This document shows positions 1 through 10,324 of a DNA stretch of 64,000 nucleotides, piece by piece; the stretch's first letter is position 1, and each line of letters begins with the position of its first letter. This stretch comes from Nemertoderma westbladi (lineage: Eukaryota > Animalia > Xenacoelomorpha). The position numbers were made by a program, and so were the translations under genes. The DNA is taken from assembly GCA_032718475.1 (NCBI GenBank), contig JAUCBJ010007926.1:62001-126000 (forward strand), read 5' to 3'. The notes beneath the pieces were generated by a model. It ran no database searches, was not told the DNA's origin, and saw nothing but the letters and a program-made list of their open reading frames with translations.

Positions 1-1554
1 CAAAGAGCATTAAGACCAATCGTGCCAGTGGAGTAGATGGTGTTCACCCTGAGGTCTTTAAAATACCTGAGTGTTTAAAGCTCATCTATCCCATCATAGT
101 AGACATGTACCGAACAACAAGAGTCCCACAAGAAATGAAAACAAATAAGTTGGTGCCAGTTCCCAAGAAGGGCAACCTAACACTCTATGGTTCTTTTCGG
201 GGAATCTCATTGATCTCGATTGCTGCAAAGCTATACAACAGGATTCTATTAAATCGCATCAGGGATCCCATTGAGAGACTGCTCCGTGGAAATCAGAATG
301 GGTTCCGTAAAGGTCGTGGGACCATGGAACCCATTTTGGCACTTAGAAGGATAATTGAAGAATTATCAAAAAAGAAAGACAGGCATCTGGCTGTTATCTT
401 TGTTGACTTCTTCAAGGCCTTTGATTCAGTCTCTCGCTCACGTATGTTCAGCATACTTTCATTATATGGGATTCCTGATGAAATTATTGCAGCAATCAGA
501 TCAGTATACGATGGTTCGACAACATTTGTGTCTACTGTTGACGGTGACACAGAACCATTTGAAGTGTTATGGGGCGTCCTCCAGGGAGACACACTTGCAC
601 CAGTCTTGTTCATAATTGTTGTTGACTATGTTCTACGCATGTCCTTAGATCATCATAATGATGATGGGGTGATGATAACTCCACCTACTGGCTCCAGAAG
701 TCGAGGAAATCCTGCCAAGTACCTAACTGATCTAGACTTTGCTGATGACTTAGGAGTACTCTCAGAATCACTAGAGGGAGCCCAACGGCTCCTCAGCTCA
801 TTAGAACATGCTGCTTCTAGTGTTGGTCTTTTTATTAACTCCAGAAAGACCAAAACTTTGACAGTTAACTTTGAAAGTCCTCAGCTAGTCTCTAATCGGA
901 TGAGCATAAGCTCAAAAGATGGTATGCTTGAGCTTGTGGATGACTTCTGTTACCTGGGATCATGGATCCGGAAGTCAGGTGAGGACCTTTGAATACGTAA
1001 GGGAAAGGCATGGGCAGCCTTGAATAGGCTGTCCAGGATTTGGAAGTCACCGAGAATTAATCGGAAACGTAAGGTCCGGTTATTTAGAGCAGCAGTAGTT
1101 CCAGTACTCCTCTATGGGAGTCCATGCTGGGCTCTAACTGCTGAGGACACCAAATCTCTGGATGGCACATTCGCAAGAATGCTACGCCAGGTTCATTGTG
1201 TCAAGTTCAATGCACACATCTCCAACCAGACACTATATAACATTGGAGGTGTCTCATTGGTTCCCCCAAGCTTGACACTAGAACAAAATCGCCTTCGCTT
1301 TGCAGGACATTGCTTTCGCCGTGAGGACCAGCCAGTGCATAATCTTGTACTTTGGCAGCCTCATGGAGTGAATAAGCATGGTGGACAGCCCATGACTTTC
1401 TTGAGACGCATCTTAAAGGACACTGGCCTTGAAGATGCGGATGATCTAGCAAATGTCATGGGTGATAGGGAGTTGTGGCGGTGCAATTTTGTCGATAAGC
1501 CGGCACAGCATTCTTAAAAATGCAGCTGCAATGCAGCATGCCGATTCTAGTAGT
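1..1554 (+). mobile_element. RTE-like non-LTR retrotransposon, 3' part (RT region), runs off window start; premature stop at 990
   Basis: ORFs 105-992 and 1020-1517 with RT motifs (QNGFR, FVDFFKAFDSV, GVLQGDTLAP, FADD) and RTE-type C-terminus (RLRFAGHCFR); short 3'UTR ending in (TAG)n; near-identical to other copies in the window. Confidence 0.93.
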
Positions 1555-2279
1555 ACTTTATAGATCTGGGATATTAACACTCCTCATCACGGTGGTTTTT
1601 TTAGGATTTATATTTTCGTTGCATTTTGGTTCCTTAACTTATCACCTTGCATAGGTCATGCCATAGACGCGATCTTTTTTTTGGCGCGATATAGTACACA
1701 TGGACTAATTAATATTGTAAATTATGTAGTAAATTATATTATTATTTGTTATTAAATCAAGTCGCAGGGTCCTATAGTAAACATGAAGACACAAAATAGC
1801 ACATGATAAAGAAATTTAATACACAGAGCGAACTCCGCTACATATACGACTTATAACGGAGGTACTATGTACGCAGAGGATTAAATCATGCGAGATACGG
1901 TATTATATTGAATACAGCACACAAAATAATGTTACCAGATTAATTAAATTATAATTAATTCACCCGGCTTTTATGTCCAACAGGTAAACATTTCATGTGA
2001 ATCTAATTTCTCTACCCACCCCCCCTTCCACCCATTTTGCCCATTCCCATTCATTTTTTAGGCACCTCAAAATCTTGGTCACTCAATTTTTTTCAAATTT
2101 CTTATTGCTATAAATTATTATGACTGATACATACATTCGACCTTTGTCATGATTTTTACCTTTATTGAGTAAAGTTAAATCCTGTGGAAGTGTTTAGTAT
2201 CGGTAATAATGCGTTCGTATATTTTTTAAAGCATCAATATATGAAAAGTGCTGGTAAATAGCACCTTACAAACTGAAAT

Positions 2280-3220
2280 TTTTCAACTTTGAAAAATACA
2301 TTTGAAGACACCTATTATTTTCCTATTTAGGTTTTCAATTCCAATGGCAATCATTACTTTCAACAAATCCGATGACTTGTCGATTTTTGGCAGCACCCCA
2401 AACATGAAAATTACAAGTAATTTAAATTTTTCAAGTATGAAAAACATATATTCAAGTATATTCAAGGGTCCGGATTCCGAAAATTGTCAGTTACTCATTA
2501 ACCCTTTCGAACCTAAAGCAAGATTTTATTTTTGTCCCAAAAGCCTAAACTAAAATCACAAATCTGAAGTTTGTCAGTCTTTCTGTCAGTTAATTTTAAT
2601 TAAATTTTCTGACATAAATCTAATCTGTCTGTCTGTCGGTCTTTCTGTCAGTCAGTCTGTCAAAACTTAAAAAATAATACAAACTACTGTAACTAACATT
2701 CTCTCTATGGGTGTTTTTATAGGTGTATATTGATAACTAGATTTATGTAAACGTGAAATCTTTTAGAAATGAAATCAGCACCCCGTAAAACCCCCATAGC
2801 GAGTATGTTAGTTACAGTAGTTTGTATTCTTTTTTAAGTTGTGACAGACTGACTGACTCACAGAAGGACTGACAGACAGACAGACAGACCAGATTTATGT
2901 AAAATTGAAAACTGACATCAGAAATGAGAAATCAGAAATCAGAGAGAGAATGTTAGTTAGTTTGTATTCTTATAAAACCTATAGAGTTAAATACAAACCC
3001 ATGACGCATACGCCGCGTCATAGCCCATATAGTGGTGACGCATACGCCTGCTTCATAGGTGCGAAAGGGTTAATTCTATTTTCGTGATTGGGGTGCCGCC
3101 AAAAGTCGACAAGTCATCGGATGCGTTGAAAATAATGATTGCCATCGGAATCAGGACCCTTGAAAACCTAAATAGAAAAATAATCGTGTCTTCAAGTGAA
3201 TTTTTTAAATTTGAAAAATG
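2280..3220. mobile_element. Fold-back / non-autonomous DNA element with long imperfect inverted arms
   Basis: ~2280-2400 is the imperfect reverse complement of ~3088-3220 (ccgatgacttgtcgatttttggcagcacccca vs tggggtgccgccaaaagtcgacaagtcatcgg). Confidence 0.6.
2502..3069. mobile_element. piggyBac-like MITE nested in the fold-back element
   Basis: TTAA on both sides (2498-2501, 3070-3073); TIRs ccctttcgaaccta / taggtgcgaaaggg; internal inverted repeat ~2625-2740 vs ~2770-2890. Confidence 0.8.
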
Positions 3221-3649
3221 TTGGGTACTTGCAATTTTCGCGTTTGGGGTGCACACCCAGTAACACAAAAGTGCTGCAATTTGACTGGAAATAATATCTG
3301 ACATGAACATCAGTGTTCTTGGAAACCTATAAAACGTAACTATCTAGTTATCAGAATCACTTTACAGTCATGAAAATAATGAATAGAAAACATTTGGGTG
3401 CAAAATTTTTCGACCCCTAAAAAAAGTGATACATTCGTAAAAAAAGTATATTTTTTTAAATTGTTGCAAATAGATAAATATTTGATGTCAGAAGGTTTCA
3501 GCCACATTGGAAATATTTATCGGAAATAAGCGAGATATTCAAAATTACGTTTGGGGCGTGTCATGTGGCAATAAAATGGCTCAAATTTTGGAAAAAATTT
3601 AGTTATTCATTTCATGTGAAAGCCTATAAAATTCTGCATCAAATGCATC

Positions 3650-3710
3650 AAAAGAAATGCAGAAAATTCAATAAAACTGTGCAATTTATTGAATTTTCTG
3701 CATTTCTTTT
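3650..3710. repeat. Perfect palindrome, 26-bp arms with 9-nt spacer
   Basis: aaaagaaatgcagaaaattcaataaa-actgtgcaa-tttattgaattttctgcatttctttt. Confidence 0.9.
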
Positions 3711-3824
3711 AAATCAAATGATTTAAATGTGATAATTTTAATAACAACCCACTATCAAAAATTATATCATGAAATTGATGAAATTATGATATGAAATGGT
3801 GATATGATTGAAATTAGAATATTA

Positions 3825-4195
3825 ACGAATTCATTAAAAAGGCTCTATCTTAGAACTTCTATATGGTATCCTAAGATAGCGCCTTTCTAATGAATTTTTA
3901 AAATATGCTATCTCTATACAGTTTCTGAGATAGCTCCTTTTTAATGAATTCTTCAGAAAGGCGCTATCTTAGTTATCCTTATACAGTTTTAGAGATAGCG
4001 CCTTTTCAATGAAATTCATTAGAAAGGTGCTGTCTTAGAAATTTGTTGACCAATTACAGAAGTTCAATTTCCACAGCGGCACAGTTTGTAAGGAAACTGA
4101 GATAGCGCCTTTTTATTGCCACATGACGCGGGGTAAATTTACCCCTCCCCAACCATCCATGTATATAAAAAAAGCCCAACCTGATTTAAGGATAA
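3825..4195. repeat. Alternating direct/inverted subrepeats and a degenerate DNA-transposon-like end
   Basis: Repeated gagatagcgccttt / aaaggcgctatct; terminal ggggtaaatttacccc palindrome. Confidence 0.5.
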
Positions 4196-4772
4196 CAGAG
4201 AATGTTACGTAACTTATTGGTGCTAGAACGTATACATACATTGTACAAGTGGGGATTTAAACTTAGACTGCTTTAACGGTTTTGTCTTTTATGGAGTAAC
4301 TTCTAACTTACCCAAACACTTTACTCACACACAATAACAACGCCGATTTCCTTATGTGAGTTATTTTATGCGACACCGGCACAGTATCATACAGAGCCAC
4401 AATTATACAATATATCGTTCTACACGATGGGGCAGATCTTACAGATCGATAAAGTAACTACACAACCGTTGGAGTATTACATTATATTAGACATTAGTTA
4501 CTATGTATTCAACCAGAAGAGGTATCCCCACCTACTGCGTTATTCACAAGAAGTGTGAAGGGATTAAATTACACACAGCATTACATACTAGTAATATGAG
4601 TCATCATCAACAACATATTATATGTGTACATATATATTGTACATCATTATCCTTATCATATTGTACAAAAAATAGAGATATTTAATATTTTAATATTGTT
4701 ATAATTTACACTCCGGAGAATCTAATTTAGTATTATATTAAACCATAATTATCCTAAATAACTGAAGTGATA

Positions 4773-4857
4773 ATGGCGGGTTCGTTTGTAGCCACAGGAA
4801 TTTTTTATATGATACTCGTTTTATCAACAACAGCATTTAATGTAAAAAGGAATGCTG
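4773..4857 (+). CDS. Probable first coding exon (signal peptide) of a secreted host protein
   Basis: ATG 4773 gives MAGSFVATGIFYMILVLSTTAFNVKRNA + G, followed by consensus donor GTAAGT (phase 1), compatible with the phase-1 EGF exon at 49829. Confidence 0.6.
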
Positions 4858-5114
4858 GTAAGTTAATATAATGAAAGTCAATAGTTTTCATAATAATTAA
4901 CTTTTGTGTATTTTGGTTTTAAAATTATTTAATTCACGAGAAAATGATTTTCCATGGCCGAAGTTCTGCAATGATGTGGCTAACACTATATCTATAACTC
5001 TTTGCAGACGAACTTGTGAGATTTTTCCAATTATAGTCTATTATATTTCTAACCAATGGCATGCCTTGACCTTCGGGGATATGTTTTGTCTGCAGGATTT
5101 CCTTTGAAATTTTA

Positions 5115-5255
5115 TGTTCTCCAAAGGTTCACACTGGGTCCACTTGTAATTTTAATATCTACCACATGCATCGCATCTAATATTCATGCAACACATTTCG
5201 CAGATGACACAAGCTTGCAGCACTCAGATAAAAACTTGATTAGATTATAAATATG
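5115..5255 (+). pseudogene. Highly decayed LINE RT remnant
   Basis: Frameshifted PQGSTLGPL-like sequence followed by HFADDTSL. Confidence 0.55.
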
Positions 5256-5703
5256 GTAAATATATAGAAATAGACATAAGGTCGTTGATTTGGTAGAATT
5301 CAATAAATTATTATGTAAAATATTAAAAAAACAGAGTTTGCAATATTCTCTAATAAATGTATTAATATGATTCCTGCTAAAATTTAAATCGATGTTAATT
5401 TATTAAATTATATTAAAATAATGACGTTTAATATAATAAACATACTAGTAATAAATATTACACAACAATATATAACACAAAAGAAAGAACGAACAGTATC
5501 AAATGTGAGAGATGACTTCAGATGAGCAATAACCCAGGACACATTATTGGCTATGGATGGAGTGAGAGAATGGTGTGATATGATGAGTAAAGTAGGGTTT
5601 GTCCATTTGCAGAGCCTGAGCAAATAATATTGTGTGTTTAACATGACTAAATTCCAAAACGACGAAGTGAACCTCTTCTCAGTCTCTTCAGCACCAACCA
5701 GAA

Positions 5704-6416
5704 TGTAAGCGGATTCAATTCCGCCTCATTACCCTCATAAAATGGGATAGTGGCATTTTCAGCAATATGTTGGAGATACGAGATTAGCAATAATTAATCT
5801 CGTATCACAACCAACATCGGGGGACAGTACAAACCCCGAAGCCACACACAAAGGGAGGTTAGAGGTCAAACCACCTCGGAGGGGACACAGCTAGCAGGGG
5901 CTAGCAACAGAGGGGAAACACTCCCAGAGAGTGGAAGGATGTGAAGTAGGTTGTTAGCCAATAAGGGCAAAGGAGAGCATCCACTAGGTAGCAGGCCAAG
6001 GTAGCGTAGGAGTGAAGTAATCATATATTATCTCCTACATACCGGTTTGTCATTCAGTTACCCAGTTGTCAGTTTCAGAGCAGACCAGCAACATTGTCTT
6101 ACCATCGTCACTAAGTGCTGTTATATGCTGTCATCATATATATATTATCTCCTACATACCGTTTATTAACTGTGCTATTATTACACATATATTGGAACGC
6201 AAGGAACATCAAACTTAAGTGCTGTTATATGCTGTCATCATATATATTATCTCCTACATACCGTTTATTAACTGTGCTATTATTACACATATATTGGAAC
6301 GCAAGGAACATCAAACTCAAACATTTTTCTCCAACGGCCTTGGCCAAGTTACCTGATATCAGCCTACGGCGACGTGTACAAGCATTAACCCGGTTGGGAT
6401 CCCTGATCCCATCACA
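5704..6416 (+). repeat. 5' LTR of BEL copy 1
   Basis: TGT...ACA termini; near-identical to 21775-22487; TATA-like ~6023, Inr-like TCATTCAGTT 6050-6059; internal ~105-bp tandem duplication ~6113-6320. Confidence 0.9.
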
Positions 6417-7079
6417 GTAAGACAATACCAACTGCTAGAACTGTGACTGCTAGAAGAAGGATAGAGGTAAAGTAAAGGATGAGCGATAGAGAGCCCCAAG
6501 ATTCAGAGGGACAGAGGACGCCGCCGTGGACCCCGGACGACACCAACCAAACGATCCGCGAGGCTGCGACGCGACGGTATCGACCTGCGACACCGGATTC
6601 GCCAATAAGGGACGATCCGGTACCCCAAGCGGAGGGCGGTCGTCAACCACGAGAGAGGGACGAGTCAGTACCAAAGTCGCCAGCCAGCCACAGGCCGAGG
6701 GCGATGGATGGCCCACCGGAACGGCGACGGTGGGGCTGCCGGTACGACGCCGAACGAGAAGAGGAGGAGGAGATGTGGGCGAAGTGGACATCGGGAAGAG
6801 CGATCGGCAGCGACGGGCCTACAAAGCCACGAAGAAACTGCTGAAGGAGGCCAGAGAGGGAGGAAAGGTAGACCAGCCCAAGTTGCACCAATGGCTAGGT
6901 GAGTCGAACAAACATTTTCGGTATCTGGTGCATTTTGGGCAGGGAGAACTGGCGAGTGAGAGAGCGAGGGGGGTCGCCACCAAACTATTCGAACTGTGGC
7001 AATCCGGGGTTATGGAGCCTGAAGTAGACGTAGGGCCGTACTTAGTGGATGCCAGGGGAATTAAGTTAGTGGGTTGGGC

Positions 7080-7685
7080 TGTATGCGGATTCAATTCCGC
7101 CGCACTACCCTCACAAAGTTGGGAAGTGGCACCCTTTTCAGCAATATGTTGGAGATACGAGATTGGCAATAACCAATCTCGTATCACAACCAAACCTGGG
7201 GACAACACAAACCCCAAAGCCACACAAAGGGAGGTTAGAGGTCAATCCACCTTGGGAGGGGAAACAGCCAGCAGGGGCCAACAGGGGGGAAACACTCCCA
7301 GAGAGAGTGAGAGGCGTGAAGTAGATTTATTAGCCAATAGGGGAAAGGGAAGCATCCACTAGGTTAAGAGGCCACAGCAGTATAGGAGTAATTATACATA
7401 TATATTATCCTGCTACTGGTCTGTGAATCAGTTACTCAGTTATTGGTTTTAGTGCAGCCCGGTGACAATCCTCACCGTCACCAATATATCCACATACCGG
7501 TACCCATCGAAACTATACCATCCGTTACCTTTTATTGTGCTATTATTCGGTTGCCCATTATTACCCATATTCAATATTAACATTCAAAAGTATCAAAGAG
7601 ATAACAACAAACTCTTATTTTATTTTCCACTACAACGGTGACGCGTAGCTTATACATCCGGTCGGGATCCCTTGATCCCATCACA
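7080..7685 (+). mobile_element. Solo LTR of a related BEL subfamily inserted in copy 1
   Basis: TGTATGCGG...ATCACA; 5-bp TSD TGGGC (7075-7079, 7686-7690); homologous to 5704-6416. Confidence 0.9.
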
Positions 7686-9256
7686 TGGGCGGATCCGCAC
7701 GAGGGCGAACCCGAGGTTAGTCGTTTCGTTCGTTTCGTTCGTTCGTTTCGGGCAGTGAGAACTAGCGAGTGAGAGGGCGAGGGGGGTCGCCACCGAACTA
7801 TTTGAACTGTGGCGATCCGGGGTTATGGTGCCCCAAGTAGTGTACGTAGGGCCGTATTTAGTGGATGCTAGGGGAATTAAGTTAGTGGGTTAGGCAGATC
7901 CGCACGAGGGCGAACCCGAGGTTAACCCCGAGGATTCGGTCTCATCAGTTAGCGAGAATCCCAGAAAGCAGGAGAAAGTTAGTAGGACAGAGAGGCGACG
8001 GGAGTCCGTCGCGACCGATAAGTCCGCTACATCCTCCGCAAAAGCAAGAAGGGTGTTATAGATAGATCTGGCGTGTCAACTGGACATGGTGGCGCTAGAC
8101 CAGAAAGAATTAGAGAGGCAGTTGGATGAGGGAACTGCGTTGTTAGAGAAAGAGAGAGAGTTGGCGAGGGAGTGTAGAGAGAGGGCCGAGAGGGTGGCGA
8201 GGAATTGTAGAGAGCAAGAAGAGAGAGAGGCAAACGAGCGTAGAGAGCGAGAAGCGAGAGAGGCAGCGAGGGTAGAGAGAGAAACGAACGAGCATAAAGA
8301 GCAGGAGGCGAGAGTAGAGAGCAAGCGTAATGAGCGGGTGGCGAGAGAAACAGAGTTAGCGAACCAGAGTTTACGAGAGGATTGAGAGAGAGAGAGAGAG
8401 AGAGAGGGAAAGCGCATGCGGGATGATATGCATGCCCGGTTAAGGGGGCTTATGCAATATCAGGCCAAGCAGAAGCGCCGACTAGAACTGTCGCAATTGG
8501 GATTATCTGAGAGCGAGGCTGGCTCGGGTAGTATTTACAAGGAGCCAGAAGTGATGGAAACGTTTGTTAATACCCCACTTACAGGCACCGGATGACAGAC
8601 CCAAGACTGGTGTAACCGTACGGGCGGGGGGGGGGGGGGGGGGGGGTAATAATAATAATACGTTAGAAGGCATTAATATTAATAGTACCGTAGTAGACAA
8701 CCCTAATCAAACTTTCATTGCAGGAAATAATATTTTACCCGGTAATAATAATTTAAATCCGAATAATCTTAATCTAAATATAGAAAATAATCAAAATAAT
8801 CCTAATTTAAATACACAAAATAATTCAAATAATAACCCTAATTTAAATACTGCAGAATAATCTAAATAATTATTTTAATTCAACGAGCAAAATAATCCCG
8901 ATTCCAATTTAAATATACAAAATAATTTAAATAATAATCCGAATTCCGAATAGAATAATTCAAATAATTTAAATAATTTAGGCAATAATGTTGTTGATAA
9001 CGGCGCTATTAATATGAACGCAGCAAGCATAGGTGGTCCGACCAGCGAGAGCCTGCAAGGCCACGTAGTTAGTACGCAGGGAGTAGCGGGGGTGAGTCAA
9101 CCCGACGGGAGCCTGCAAGGCCACGCAGTAGTAGAGGAAGAGGCGGGGTTAATAGACCCAGCCGCAGTAGAGATAGTGCGTCGACTAAAGAGGGGCATAG
9201 AAGCGTAGTTCAGGAGATGGGGGGGGCTACGGGCCCTTAATCTCTACGGGCTACGG

Positions 9257-10324
9257 ATAATACAACACCAGGTAAATAAACCCCTGTGTCGCCCCACAGA
9301 GCCACTATATTACAACACCAGGTAAATAAACTCCTGTATCGCCCCACAGAGCCACTATAATACAACACCAGGTAAATAAACTCCTGTATCGCCCCACAGA
9401 GCCACTATAATACAACACCAGGTAAATAAACCCCTGTGTCGCTCCACAGAGCCACTATAATACAACACCAGGTAAATAAACTCCCGTATCGCCCCACAGA
9501 GCCACTATAATACAACACCAGGTAAATAAACCCCTGTGTCGCCCCACAGAGCTACTATAATACAACACCAGGTAAATAAACCCCTGTGTCGCTCCACAGA
9601 GCCACTATAATACAACACCAGGTAAATAAACTCCTGTATCGCCCCACAGAGCCACTATAATACAACACCAGGTAAATAAACTCCTGTATCGCCCCACGCC
9701 ACAGAGCCACTATAATACAACACCAGGTAAATAAACTCCTGTATCGCCCCACAGAGCCACTATAATACAACACCAGGTAAATAAACTCCTGTATCGCCCC
9801 ACAGAGCCACTATAATACAACACCAGGTAAATAAACTCCTGTGTCGCCCCAAAGAGCCACTATAATACAACTCCAGGTAAATAAACTCCAGTATCGCCCC
9901 ACAGAGCCACTATAATACAACACCAGGTAAATAAACTCCTGTATCGCCCCACAGAGCCACTATAATACAACACCAGGTAAATAAACTCATGTATCGCCCC
10001 ACTGAGCCACTATAATACAACACCAGGTAAATAAACTCCTGTATCGCCCCACAGAGCCACTATAATACAACACCAGGTAAATAAACTCCTGTATCGCCCC
10101 ACTGTGCTACTATAATACAATACTAGGTAAATAAACTCCTGTATCGCCCCACAGAGTCACTATAATACAACACCAGGTAAATAAACTCCTGTATCGCCCC
10201 ACAGAGTCACTATAATACAACACCAGGTAAATAAACTCCTGTGTCGCTCCACAGAGCCACTATAATACAACACCAGGTAAATAAACTCCTGTGTCGCCCC
10301 ACAGAGCCACTATAATACAACACC
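9257..10324. repeat. Tandem array of a 50-bp unit, about 21 copies
   Basis: Unit ataatacaacaccaggtaaataaactcctgtatcgccccacagagccact, head-to-tail with no spacers. Confidence 0.97.

Noticed and set aside
9257-10324. CRISPR-like array
   Set aside because: Units are head-to-tail with no unique spacers, there are no cas genes, and the context is eukaryotic
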